This document shows positions 1 to 12,506 of a stretch of 64,000 nucleotides of DNA, piece by piece (positions within the stretch are counted from its first letter, which is position 1; each line of letters starts with the position of its first letter). Below the pieces are notes generated by a model that worked only from the letters and a program-made list of their open reading frames with translations, searched no databases and was not told the DNA's origin. The stretch is from Moniliella sp. 'wahieum' (lineage: Eukaryota): positions 496,001 to 560,000 of the forward strand of contig RSEE01000026.1 in assembly GCA_003971905.1 (NCBI GenBank), written 5' to 3'. The translations under genes were made by a program, and so were the position numbers.

Positions 1-1528
1 CTGGACATTTTCCGAGTCTTTGACTCACTTAACGACCTGGGGAGCCTGCGCCTGGGAATTGACGCAGCCAAGAAGGCGGGCGGCGTGGCAGAGGGTACCG
101 TGTGCTACACTGGCGATGTAGCGAACCCCAAGGCGCACCCCAAGTACACATTGGAGTACTACATGAACCTGGTTGACGAACTGGTCAAGACTGGAATCCA
201 CATTCTCGGTATCAAGGACATGGCAGGCCTTATGAAACCTGCGGCCGCTCGTCTCTTGATCGGTTCAATCCGGAAAAAGTATCCGGACCTTCCCATCCAT
301 GTTCACTCGCACGACACGGCAGGCATTGCGCTCAGCTCCATGCTGGCTGCCGCCGAGGCCGGAGCGGATGTGGTGGACGTAGCGATCGACTTCATGTCAG
401 GGCTCACGTCGCAACCGTCGATGGGCGCACTGGTGGCTGCGCTTGAACAGACGGGGCTCGGTCCCGGTATTCGCCATGAGGACATCATGGCTCTCAACCT
501 GTACTGGACTTCGGTACGCCAATTGTACCAGTGCTTTGCGCAGGAAGTCAAAGCGTCAGATTCGTCCGTGTTTGATCATGAGATGCCCGGTGGACAGTAC
601 ACCAACCTCATGTTCCAGTCCATGTCCCTCGGCCTCGGAAGCCAGTGGAGCGAAGTTAAGAAGGCCTACATTGTGGCCAATAAGCTGTGCGGCGACATTG
701 TCAAGGTCACACCCTCGTCCAAAGTTGTCGGTGACTTTGCTCAGTTCCTTGTTGCCAACAAGTTGACCGCAGCCGAGGTGGAGGAGCGTGCTGACAAGCT
801 CGACTTCCCCAACTCGGTCGTTGAATACTTCCAAGGTTATCTTGGTACGCCTCCCGGTGGCTTCCCTGAGCCGCTGCGGACCAAGCTCCTGCGTGGCAAA
901 CCCAGGATCGAGGGACGGCCCGGGCATCGATGGCGCCCGTTGACTTGCGGCAAATCAAGAAGACCCTGACCAAGAAGTATGGCAAGACGATCACCACTGC
1001 CGATGCAATCAGCTACGCCATGTATCCCAAAGTGTTTGAAGACTTGCAAGACTTTTTGGCCAAATACGGCGACCTTTCTCATCTTCCCACCCGTTACTTC
1101 CTCAGCAAGGCTCCCGTTGGCGAAGAGATTCACGCCTACATTGACCGTGGCAAACTGCTTATTATCAAGTTGTTGGCGGTGGTGCGGTCAATTCGGAGCG
1201 TGGCACACGCGAGGTGTTCTTTGAGCTGAACGCTGAGCCGCGGTCCATCATTGTCGAAGACAAGAATGCAGCGGTGGAGTCGGTGCACCGTGAGCGGGCC
1301 AAGGCGGGCGAACCAGGCCAGGTCGGGTCCCCCCTGGCGGCGGTGGTGGTAGAAGTGCGCACGCAGGTGGGTCGCGTGGTCAAGGCCGGCGACCCTCTGG
1401 CCGTGCTGAGCGCGATGAAGATGGAAACTGTCGTCTCCTCTCCCGTTTCGGGCAAGGTGAAGCGGATCCTTGTCGAGCCCAATGACTCGGTCTCGCAATC
1501 CGACTTGTTGTTCGAGATTGCGGCTTAA
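1..1528 (+). CDS. PYC: Pyruvate carboxylase, C-terminal part (carboxyltransferase + biotinyl domain); gene starts before the window
   Basis: Motifs IFRVFDSLND, IKDMAG, HVHSHDTAG, HEMPGGQYTNL, GDIVKVTPSSKVVGD and the biotin site AMKM. Spread over ORFs 85..969, 930..1229 and 1214..1528, joined by apparent 1-nt indels near 925 and 1180-1215. Confidence 0.96.
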
Positions 1529-2913
1529 CGCGTACCCCCTTCCCGTTCTTTTTTTCTCCCTTTGCTCTCTCTTCCTATTTCCGTGCCCTACCGCTGTCAG
1601 ACCATCTTCGGCACGCACATCCTCTTCCTGCCAGCGGTTTGTTTGTTCTTGAATATGCAGTCGATATAAACCAATCTATCTGCGTGGTACTCATGATCGA
1701 CGAGGCGAGCCAACATCGGTGTGAGACTGATGAACGGTTGATAGGTGATGTACTCCCGTTTTCAACACTCCTCTGCTTCCATACCTCGACAATCTTGATG
1801 GACTCGTAAGCTGGCTAGTATACGGAACATGATTATGACTGTGGTATGGCATCTGACATTCCAGAGCAAGGGAGAGGTTGAATGGTAGCTAACATGCAGT
1901 GTAGACCCTACAACTGCTGCACCTGCGAATCCCGGCTTGGTCGTGTGGCGGGTACATCTGGGATGTGTATACGCGTCCCACGGGACAATTGACGAAGGCA
2001 CCATTGGATGGATTCGATTTCCCATCCGACCGATCGAGGCATTATTTCTTTTCCTGTGTCGATCAACATTGTCCCTGTTGATGGGTTTTCGTACCATTTC
2101 TCAGAGAGACTGAGGGCGGCAGATCCCCGTCGGTTGCCGTTGGTGGTTGATGTGGTGGAGAGACAGAGACAAAGGCGGCCTGGGGGCGCGGGACGTACGG
2201 CTGGTGGATCTTGATGCTCGATGATCTATATCGAGAGATTAATCTCTTGGTTTTGCGTTGACTTTTTTCTCCGACTTTTGGGGCCAATTTCCTTCGACTT
2301 TCCCCGAGACAGTCGGTGGCACGCGACACCCTTGCTACTAAACACCAATCCCACCTTGGAATCCCACATCTCCAATCTCAGATCTCAGAATTGCCCACAA
2401 GTCCAACATCCAGCAGCAGGCGCCTGCCTCGGGGTTCCGGAGCTGGACCCGTGACATGCCAGGGTGCGCTCTGGTGTGCTTGCTTTGCGCGCTTCCACGA
2501 TCCGGCAGGGGGCATTGTGTCGATCACTTCAATCACATGGCAATCATCGACATCATGCATCGTGCATCAGCCAGCGCGCTGCTCAGCCTCAGCGCTGAGC
2601 CTCAGCGCGTGATGCGTGAACGATAATGTCGATCATCGATCATCGATCATCGCCATCTCATTCACCCAATCACTCACTTGACAAATCAGGAAGGTCGATG
2701 AAAAGCGTGTCTGTCTGTCCCTCCATTAGGAGCTTCAAGCTTCAAGTGCTTCCTGGCTCCAGAACGCTCCAGCTCCCCAGCTCCTGAGCCTGTCGAGGGT
2801 CCCAACGCGCTGATGGCGCTGATGCGCTCCTGGCTTACTCGCTGCGCGTTTTGAGAGGCAGTGCGTGTGGGGGCGATTGAATCTATCCACATGCAATGGC
2901 TGCGTGTGGGTAT

Positions 2914-3204
2914 TGATGTGACCGGATCCCGATGCCAAGCGAGACAGCAATCAAGAACTGGGCCAATAGACGATAGGGATTGATTGCTGGTGAGCGATAG
3001 TAGAGAGTAGCGGAGGGAGGAGGAGGGAGGGAGTGGAAGAGGGAAAAACTAAGAGCTACGACTGCCGGGGCTGCTAGATAGGAGGCCAGTCAGCCAGCCA
3101 CATTTCCGCCCGAGCGGAACTAGCGGAGCTAGCCGCTGGATTGAAGTGGCTGGGAGCGCCAGAGTCCGGCTATGCCTTTGGCACACCGCACTAGTGTCCC
3201 AACA
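2914..3204 (-). mobile_element. Probable solo LTR (291 bp)
   Basis: Termini TGATG...CAACA, flanked on both sides by GTAT (2910-2913, 3205-3208). The minus strand has GCCTCCTATCTAG, like GCCTCCTATATAG in the 4219/5353 LTRs, followed by a pyrimidine-rich tract. Confidence 0.6.
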
Positions 3205-3717
3205 GTATTCAGCGCCAGCCACAGCACACCAAGCACGAGACTAAAGCTAGTAAAGGTGCGGCCTGGTGTGGCAGGGTCCGGATCCACAGGGCTTCATTGA
3301 ATATTGACGCGCTGACGCGCTGAGCGCTCGCTGAGCGTCACGGTGACGTGCCGGCGCGAGTGATTACAATCGACGCCCCCCCCCTTTTCCTTGCCACAGC
3401 TTTTGCCCCTCTTGCAGCTTTGACACATTCGCGTATATCGCTGCGGGAATTACTTACGGGTGCATGGGATAATTGATGTAAATCCAAGTTGGTAAGCATT
3501 AATCGATAATCATTCGTCGCAAGGGAATGCCCTGCCTAAGCCAAGCTAGTCGCCCTATAGGTCTTCGATCAATGACGCTAGCGCGGCGCGCGTGAACCGT
3601 GAACTGAATAATGCACTGTGGTGTTTCGGCGTTCAAGTTGAACACGTTGAACGTGCCATTTCAACGTTCCCGCGTTGACGTTTAACATTTAAGGCTCTCA
3701 GATCTTGAGAGAGGTGT

Positions 3718-3761
3718 GTTGAGACGTTGAGACGTTGAGACGTTGAGATGTTGAGACGTTG
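3718..3761. repeat. (GTTGAGAC)5 tandem octamer
   Basis: Read directly: five units, one of them GTTGAGAT, inside a TTGA/TCAA/ACGT-rich stretch at 3630-3800. Confidence 0.95.
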
Positions 3762-4218
3762 GGGGTTGGACGTCAACGCGTCAACGTCGTTAACGTAGAG
3801 GCGCATGGACAGGAGCGAGTCTGATATAAATTTGACCCTCCATCGGCGTAGGAGGGTAGGTACCGGTAACCTCGGTGCCTTTTCAAATTTCACTAGCTCC
3901 ACAGCCGCTAGGAACTGTTACTAGGGTGACCGGTGATTGATGATTGATGATTGATGATGTCGATGATGCAATGATGTGCAGCTAGGAACTCGCAATGCAA
4001 ATGCAAAAAATTAACGCACAGGGGGTGCATACATTTTCTTTGCTACTAACAGCTCCAATCCTTAGATCCTACTCTACTCTGGACTCCGGACGCGATCGGC
4101 ACCTTGTGGCCTCAGCACGGCATCAGTACTCAGTTACTCAGGTGGCCTCAGCGCCAGCGCGCACCTCGGTGCCTACCCTCCCCACCACAGCCAGCCTCAG
4201 AGCATCACATGTCACACA

Positions 4219-4456
4219 TGTTGACTGTGATCCTCTGGCTCCCAGTCGGTAGACCAGGTTCGCCTCGGTTCCATCGGCTTCCACGCTGACGTCCCTGCGT
4301 GTCATGTCCCTGTGCCCTGCACTCTCTCCTGGTGACTCACTGTCCCTGTGCCTAGTCCAGCCTCCTATATAGATGCCTCTGTACCCAGACCCAACTCTGG
4401 CTCCAATCCATCACCTTCTCCTCATCCTTCTGCCCGTCCGGCTCCCTAGGCCAACA
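4219..4456 (+). repeat. 5' LTR of the deleted gypsy-like element
   Basis: Starts TGTTGACTGTGATCC, contains the TATA-like CCTATATAGA and ends CTAGGCCAACA; closely matches 5353..5587. Confidence 0.88.
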
Positions 4457-4574
4457 GAGCTACAATCTGATCCCCCGGAAGGGGAGCGCTCTTCAAGCAA
4501 GCCCCCCCCAGCCTACAAGCCCAAGCTAAGCCGCCAAGCCCCAAGACACACCCGTCCTCCCGCCCAACAACACC

Positions 4575-4654
4575 ACCGCCACAATCGGCACCTTACCGCC
4601 CACAATCGGATACTACCGCCACAATCGGCATACTACCGCCACAATCGGCACACT
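4575..4654. repeat. 4 x ~20-bp tandem repeat ACCGCCACAATCGGCATACT
   Basis: Read directly; lies in the gag-like part of the deleted LTR element. Confidence 0.9.
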
Positions 4655-5352
4655 CGTCCCCAAGAGGGCAATGATTTTTAGGGACAACACGACGACGGAA
4701 CAAAACGTGTCGGTATCGTCAACGAGACGAATTCCTCCAACGACAAAACGGCGCAGGCGAATCGCAGAAAGCGGGGGTGGTGCTCATCAAGTGCCCCACC
4801 CACGGCTACACGCCCCGGATTGCCAATTCATCCGGGGCACCTGGGGAAAGGATGGGGGGGGGTGGTACCCCACTTCTTCCACCCTCTTTTCAACACAAGA
4901 GAACCCAAACAGATCAAGACGGTTGACGCATAGCGCCCGTTCATTTCCCATGCCCAATGGACCCACTGGCACCAGGCATGCGGAACCAAACAACTACCAA
5001 ACGCATCCAATTTTGATGCCAAACGACCTTGGACCGCATTTACTCCAAGTTTCCAATTTTCTTTCACTACACCTATAACTGGTGCTTTTACTTTTGCCCA
5101 CCAAATCGCTTCGGGGCGCAACCCCTACTACTTTACTCTAAGACTTCTACAAGCATCTGGCGGTCGCACAATACACCAACCACAAGCGCTCGGCTCGTTC
5201 AGGTGTCATCCTGGACAGGGGGTGTAGGCCAGTCGTGTGGCCATGCACAACTCCAGGCCATTCGTCCGGTTGCCACTCGTCCTCCCCTCTCTACATCCAC
5301 TGGCGAGCTCATCCCACAACCGATGTCTCCGGGTTCCCTGGGCCAGCGGGGG

Positions 5353-5587
5353 TGTTGACTGTGATCCTCTGGCTCCCAGTCGGTAGACCAGGTTCGCCTC
5401 GGTTCCATCGGCTTCCAGCTGACGTCCCTGCGTGTCACTGTCCCTGTGCCCATGCATCTCTCTGTGTGACTCACCCTGTGCCTAGTCCAGCCTCCTATAT
5501 AGATGCCTCTGTACCCAGACCCAACTCTGGCTCCAATCCAATCACCTTTCCTCATCCTTCTGCCCGTCCGGCTCCCTAGGCCAAACA
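5353..5587 (+). repeat. 3' LTR of the deleted gypsy-like element
   Basis: Preceded by GCCAGCGGGGG (PPT); same sequence as 4219..4456 apart from small indels and substitutions. Confidence 0.88.
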
Positions 5588-5766
5588 ACATGCATGTCAC
5601 CAGCTCGCCACGGCGCGATTGGGCGACCCCGCGCACAGTGACCGGTGACCGGTGACCCAAGTGACCGAGTGTTCTCACGTTCTCCCGAAGTACCAGCGTG
5701 GTGGTCTAGTGTCCCCGGTGGTCAGCCGGTGGCGAACGCAATTCGATCTTCCTTCTTCCTTCTTCC

Positions 5767-5882
5767 TTCAAGCTTCAAGCTTCAAGCTTCAAGCTTCAAG
5801 AGCTTCAAGCTTCAAAGGCTTGAAACAATATCCACCGACCATCGAACAATCGATCATTGTTACTTCAAGCTTCAAGCTTCAA
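5767..5882. repeat. (TTCAAGC)n heptamer arrays (5767-5815 and 5864-5882)
   Basis: Read directly; the array reads TCA-AGCT-TCA-AGCT... Confidence 0.95.
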
Positions 5883-7009
5883 TAAACGTTTCGACAAAGC
5901 AGGAGACGGGTCTAGGTCTTAGATATTAGATCTTAGATCTTAGGATGCCTTAGCCTCCGCCTGTCTCCGCCCGAAAGGCCTGTGCGGGACAGAGAATGTT
6001 GGGTGGTGTAGAGGACAGAATCCATTTTCACTGGGACGTTGAGACAGAATGTGCGGTACAGGCGAAAAAACCATGCCAGGCTGACTGGCGCCGAGTAGCA
6101 CTAGTCACTAGTCACTGACATGTGGCCTACCAACGCGTAACCCTAGAGAGGATGTGATGCTACCGCCTAGAATGCGCTAATGACTAGCTTTACTGGTTGG
6201 CTACTCTATGTAAGCTGGTTACGGTGTTATGGTCAGGACGGGTGGCGGTGGTATGGGGCGCGAGGGGTTTTGACTAAATAGTGACTGCGCATCACTGGTG
6301 AGAGTATACATCATGCATGGCATGTTATAGGGGGATGCGGGTTAGTTTGGGTGTTGGATTGGCCGCGGTAGATCGATCTGCAGGAAAGAGCGATGGCTTT
6401 TTTTGTGGTTACCAAAAGATAAGTTTTGTGGGGGTGCGAGCTCCTGTGCGGATGCGTACTGTGAGTGTGGCAAGGGCGGTGCTGCCCCGATACGAAAGCT
6501 CTTCAAGCTTCAGGCTACGCCGGCTGCTCCTGAGGCCTCAGCCTGAGGGGCCTGAGTACCCTGAGTCCTGCGTGCTGAGTTCCGCGTTACCCGCACCCGG
6601 CGATGGGATGCGCTGATGGATGTGCTAGGGATGTGCTACTGAAGAATAAATACTGGCGGGGTTCTTCTGCGCGGTGATCGTTGCCTGAGTTGATGCGTGA
6701 TGCCGATGCAGCTCATGGCGCGGGCATCCGCCCACTGTCGGGTCCCGCAGTGTCTTCCCGCTTAGAGTGGCCTGGCGCCTGCCGCCCGCACCACCCGAGT
6801 GTGTCCAGGCACCGTCACCAGACCAGCCGGTGGCTGGGTGGTGGCATTTGATATTCGCCCAGCATTCACCTGCCCCTCCGACGCCGACAACCACGCCGAC
6901 AACCACCACTGCTACCACCACCACCACCACCACCACCACACCCTCCTCCAGCGCGTGTGGTTCCACCTCCACCCGTTGCGCGCGTCCGTCTCGGCGCCGT
7001 GGCCCCAAC

Positions 7010-10000
7010 ATGTCTGCTCCCCGCCACTCCTCGGGTTCGTCCCGCTTCGGACGGGCACGGGGTATATTTTCCCGTGCTGCCGCCCTCCTCAAGCCCTCGT
7101 CTGGATCAGGGTCAGCCCCCGTCCAGCCTACCCATGGAAGCAGTGTATCGGTCTTGCCCGTCACCCCTGCCTCCTCTTCCTGCAATCCCTTGGCCGTCGG
7201 CCCAGCCCACCAGCACTCCGACGGTCGTCATAGCTCCATCCAGCTTCAATGTTCCCCGCCTTCCCAACAGGATTTGCACCAGGATGGGGCCATTCCCCGC
7301 GACTCTTTTCCTTCCAACTCTGCCCTCTCCCTGGTCCCGCCCCGAGCCCCTTGGCTTCGACGTGACTCGTCTCGGTCCAGCAACGGGAACAGCTCTCCTT
7401 CTCTTTATCCCTTAGCGACCCGTTCTCCCAATCCAACGCCTCCGTCACAGCACCCTCCTCACCCGCCACTGACGTCCCCGTCTCGTCGCCCATGTCGTCA
7501 TCGGCCGTCATTGACACCATTACTTCCTCACCAACCAATAAAAAAAGGGCCCGCAAGGATTCGCGGTGGACCAGGTTTCGCTCCAGCTCTCTCAACCTAC
7601 TCAAGAAACCCCCCTCGGTCGATGCAGTTACCTGCCCGGTGTGGGAGGTGCAGCCAGCTTCCCCTTTGAGTGAGCCCACATCCCCTCTGTCCTTTCCAGA
7701 TGCATCGGTTCGGTCCTTACCGAAATTGAGTCTTGGGGGGGCATCGTCGCCGCTGCCCCGTAACGGGCAGAATGCTGTCTCCCAGTCCAGAGCGTCCAGC
7801 GTCGCGTCGTTCTACTCTACCGCCGAGGTCGCCGCCCCCAACGTGACCACAACTGCGGGCCAGCAGGTCGACGACCCGCATGACCCGTGTCCATCTTTGC
7901 CCCCATCCATGTCACAGTCGACTGCGTTACCGAGCCGTCCAAGTTTCTTGACTGTTGCTGCTCCTCTGGATGGCATGCTCCTTTCCCCGGGCCAGGTTGT
8001 CGACGTGGCGGGCCAGGTACATACCGTGCGTATTCCTCCCTTTGATCGATACACCGTCCGCTGAACTGTTATTGACATTCATTCGCCATCATACAGGTTA
8101 CTTCTGCGCCGGCCTCTCAACATGATTTGCTGGAGGGCGTGAAAGACGAGACGATGCCGACACGCCGTCCTTCGCTGCCCACCTCTTCAAGTGAGGTCAG
8201 CAGAGATGTTGGGGTGAGCGGGAACGCCGCAAGGGCTTCGCCGTCTCGGCCGTCTTCGCCGCGCCCATCGTTGCCAAATCATGTGCCTGTGCCGGACTTT
8301 CTTGCCGATGCACTCAACTTGGAGCCAGATATGACGCTTGATCAGCCTGTTTCTCTTGGTTCTCGGGATATGACGACTGCGCAACTAAACCAACCAACTA
8401 CTCAAATGCCTGACTCTGGTCTAGCCAACCCGCGCCGCTCTTCCGCTGCGTTCTTGTCCTCCCGGCTTCAAAAGGATGGCCTTGCACCTTCGGAAGACTC
8501 GGAGCTGGCCTCAGCGTCGATCTCTCCCGATTGCATTCCCCAAGATGTGGCTACCGATCGACTCGCCTTCACCAATCAAGATGCTGCTGCATCCTTGTCC
8601 ACTCCTCAGGACCAATCCATGGCAGCGTCTGCTCCATCTCGCTCGGCTTCGGGTGGGAACAGAGGCTCGGCCCTCACTACCCGTCCACTCTCCCCAATTA
8701 CCTTTCCCGCTCGACCTAATTCTCCTGGTATCAGGAGTCCCCGCGCGTCGGGCCTAGCTTCAGCAGCAGTATTCAAAAGAGTTCGATCCCCTCTTACGTC
8801 CACCCAAGAACGGAGAGCAAGTGTCCCATATCCTCCCACTTCCCCACAAGCCGGGCCCGACGCACTCTCCGTACTCGACTCGGGCGCCAAGAGGGCTTTG
8901 TACAACTGTACCTTGCTCAAGCTCCAGCCTCGGATTGCCGTTGCACTCAAAGAGGCGCTCGCTGCAGTGGAGGAGCCCAACTTGACGATCCGGGCCGGGG
9001 CGGAAGCACCACCTAGCTTGGGGACTCACGTGATGGCCGCGATCGTGGCTCCTTCAGGATCCGTGAGCTCACATATGCAAGCACTTATGCTCACCGCAAC
9101 CCAATTCGTTACAAACGGTTTGGTGACCGACCTGATGTTCCCACGGAGTATGAACCCATCGCGCGCCGTTCAGGTCCATGAAAGTGCCCATGGTGCTTCG
9201 CGGCACCTACGTGCCGCGCTCGGTCGGTCTTCCATCCTCGTTCGTCTCTTGAATCCGACCTTAACATCCTTCTCTCGTCCCCAAGCTCAGGAAATTGCTC
9301 CACTTCAGATCCGGTATGGTCGCGATCTGCTGCCCCCGGCAGTTGTCGGTTTGGCTGGGCGGGCAGGCATGAGAGCCAAGGCGGAAGCACTTGCTTCCCC
9401 AGCTGTCGTCTTGCCTACCACCACAGTCCCTGACCCATCGCATGGCTTGGCGCGCTGGGTCGCCCGCCCATCGTTTAAAGACCGGTGCTGCGAATGGGTT
9501 GTTGCGTCCGACGGCCAGGAGTTGATCACCCGTTCGGTCAACGCAAGGCCAGGCAAAGTATCTTTTTCTTTTAGTCCCCGGATGCAAGCCTGGTTGCGCC
9601 CACTACCCCAGAACACGAGACCATTCCTCGTCCCGCCAGTCGACACCAGCCTGGCCGCCAACGTCCCTTGTCGGCTCTTTCTCTTGCGCCCTCCCGATCA
9701 GCCTCTCCAGCCCCCGAGTCGCCTTTCCGCCGGCGTCGGCTTAGCCAGCCCGCTTTGTCCACCAGCTTTACCCAAACGCCAAAGAAGATCAAACGTTTGT
9801 CCCTCGCTTTCGTGAGTCCTGTTTCGGAGGCACCAGAGCGCGTGGCTAGCCCCGATTCCGACGTGTTTGCTCCATTGGAGCTCTCTGCCTCGGACAAACG
9901 ACGTTCCACCGCATCAACGATCACAATGGGTTCGACTGCCTCCAAACGCCGTTCAGCACCATGGCTGCCCCGGGTTGCTGTGCCCGAGGATGACGACGAT

Positions 10001-11738
10001 GGGGATAAGACGGTGACTGCATCTCTGCCGCTGTCCACGCCCATGCCCACGTCCAATCGGAGACAGTCGACGTACTCGCTTGTGTCTAGTTCAGGGTCTA
10101 TGGGTACTGTCTTCCCATCCAAGTTGTCTGTCGAGCAGACCGCCCCCGCTACACCGCGCAAACCGTCGCCTTTGTCCCTCGATTCCCCCAGCGGGGAGGA
10201 AGACAATGTGAGCCCAATGCGATCATCCATCCCACGTTCTACATCGGTCCCTTTGGTGGCTGGCCGGCCTGCTGGTCGCTTGTCTCATCGCAGGAGCGAG
10301 GTAATGACCGAATTTGGTACGGTGCCCGAAGCCCCCACCGAGTCGGACTCGGATGAGGAACGTCCCTTGTCGGCGTTATGGACGGGAAGAGGTAGTGAGA
10401 CGAGTCTCGCTCCCTTTTCCGCACCTGGATCCACCGTTTCTACCGCCCGCACTTCTCCTAGCCCTCACCGTGCTCGCGCTTCCACTGGGTCTCAACCCAA
10501 GCCCAGTCCCAAGCCCAAGCCCAACCCGTCTCACACTTCCCGCCCGTCCCAGTCTGGCAGTGCAATCGATGGGCGCCCTTCTCCCCTGTACCAGGTACGC
10601 AAGATCCCGTCCAGCCCACCTCCACCACGGATCATACCCTGCACACCACTTTGCCAGATCGGTACCAACACCAACGTAACCCTCTCCCCTCCGTTTCAGT
10701 GGGCCCGCGCACCAGCACCGGCACCCACATCAACCCCCGACCCCGAAGTTCGACAGGCTCAGTTGCACGAAGCCCACAAAAACTTGCTTCGCCAGAGTCG
10801 TCAACGGAGGAACAGCAATCGAACTTCCCATACCCTTCTGGATCCTACCTATGGTGCAGGTCACGCTTCGGCCCGCGCGCCAGCACAGGTGTTTGCCGGA
10901 TCCCATGCGCGAGTTGGGACAGGTCGTACGGCCCCTTCGGCTGCGTCGGACACTCGGATCTCCGGTGCCGGTCCTGGTTCACGCCCAGGTTCGGCATTGG
11001 GCAGGGGATCCGGCACCAGTGGTAGCATCACCACTCCGCCCCAGCCTGCCACACCTTCAGACTCTGCTCTTGCTTCCCCCGCTTCGTTTCCGTCTCCCTC
11101 GGGAGCGCACAGGGCCCAGTCGCCCACGCCCCGTACGCGCAGGGGCAGCACCACGCCGGGTGCCCAGCTCCCACACCGGTCTCCTAGCGTTCCCACCGCT
11201 CCTTTGATCGATCTCCGTCAGGATCTTGCCCTGGCCCACGTCGCTCCACGTTCGGTCCAGGAGGAAACACCCTCGTCCCGCCGCCACCAGAAGGAGGACC
11301 AGCAGCCCCGACGTACCCGTCATACGTCCCTTGTTTCTGCGCCGGGCGGGTTCGCCGGGATGCCCTCCTCGGCACGAGAGTTTGGGTGGGCAGGTCCGAT
11401 GGGCCCAATGGCTATGGGCATGCCGGGACCATCTTTGCCCTTGGCTCCTTTTCCCCAGATGCAGTTCCAGCACCTCCAGGCGCAGCAGCACCATGCGTAC
11501 CAGCATACCCTTCTTCAACAGCAGATGGGGATGGGGATGGGCATGGGCATGGGCATGGGGCATGGGCATGGGCATGGGCATGGGGATGGGCATGGGCATG
11601 GGGATGGGCATGGGGATGGGCATGGGGATGGGGATGGGTGTGGGAATGGGGATGCCCTCTCACCCCTTCCCTCAGTACGCCTCCTTGCCACCCCAACCGT
11701 CGTCGCAGCGGAGGCGCAAGTCCTCAGCTGTGATCTAA
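7010..11738 (+). CDS. Large Ser/Pro-rich, largely disordered hypothetical protein with a small ordered core (~8900-9600) and a C-terminal (GM)n tract
   Basis: Overlapping long ORFs 6767..7669, 7492..8064, 8127..9815, 9668..11857 and 11226..11738, with a probable intron at 8017..8096. Ordered-looking segments: LYNCTLLKL, LQIRYG, GLARWVARPSFKDR. No family recognised with confidence. Confidence 0.7.
11525..11654 (+). repeat. (ATGGGS)n hexamer microsatellite, about 21 units, coding Met-Gly repeats
   Basis: Read directly; one extra G near 11560 shifts the frame. Confidence 0.95.
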
Positions 11739-12506
11739 GTTATTCGGCATTTTGGGCCATTCCTGGCTTTCCTCCCCGCACAGTGCAATCAATCCATTGT
11801 CTACACACCTGCTCCTTTCCATTCTCATTTTTGTCGTGTCTCCCCCCCCTTCCTTAACCCCCCGAACTCTATAAGAAAATTGTTACAAGGCATGATTGTT
11901 TTGTTCCGTTTCCCTTCTTGCACATCCTCCACTCCCTCATTGTCTCTCCTTTTTAACACTTCTCATACCATTCTTCTTCTCTTGCACTGCATTCTATCAT
12001 TCCTTTCATCCGCTCCCTACTCTTTTTCGATTTTGTGGCGATTTCATTGGTCATGCCAAAAGGATGGGATGTCAGCAAAAAGATAAGAGGCCCCCGACCT
12101 AAAGCGCATCCGTACGTGCACAGAAGAGTAAATTGGGATGTGTATCGAATTGTTGATCCTGGGACCTTCCCTGGAAAGGATCTGCTACGAATTGTGAGAA
12201 TTTATAGGGGGTGTGCCACCGCCAGTAGCCGTTTTGGGATGGAAGCCAGAGGGAGTTGAGGACGTTGAGGCCTAAGAAACATTGTGAACTTGAATAGATT
12301 GGGATATGGTATGTACATGGTTCCCCATCAGGGAGGACGGATGCGGAGCGCAATGCTGGCCGAAGGGGGGTTTATGCATATAACAGAGAGCGTGGTTGGC
12401 ATACTCTCTGTGCGTGAACGGGATGCCGTCATGAGAATGAGAATGAGAAGAAAAGAGAGTAAGAGAAGATCAAGAAGGTGGCAGAGTAACAACAGGTTTG
12501 CGCATT

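Larger units (their letters stand above)
4219..5587 (+). mobile_element. Internally deleted, non-autonomous LTR retrotransposon (Ty3/gypsy, chromovirus-like)
   Basis: Two ~235-bp direct repeats with TGTTG...CA ends, a G-run PPT just before the 3' LTR and a probable ACATG TSD. The internal 0.9 kb holds a frameshifted gag-knuckle-like stretch (~4750-4825) and a chromodomain-like YIHWRAHPTTDVSG (~5290-5335). Confidence 0.8.

Noticed and set aside
4575..4654. CRISPR-like array (also considered for 27182-27272)
   Set aside because: Head-to-tail repeats without unique spacers, inside retroelements, in a eukaryote with no cas genes.
5767..5945. Cloning polylinker or synthetic contamination (repeated HindIII, BglII, SpeI, AgeI, ClaI sites)
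   Set aside because: The sites occur as imperfect tandem arrays dispersed over many intergenic regions, with no vector sequence.
11057..11857. His-rich (GHGHGD) or (MP)n/(HAHP)n proteins in the ORF track
   Set aside because: Alternative-frame and antisense readings of the (ATGGGS)n microsatellite. The GM frame is continuous once one extra G is removed.
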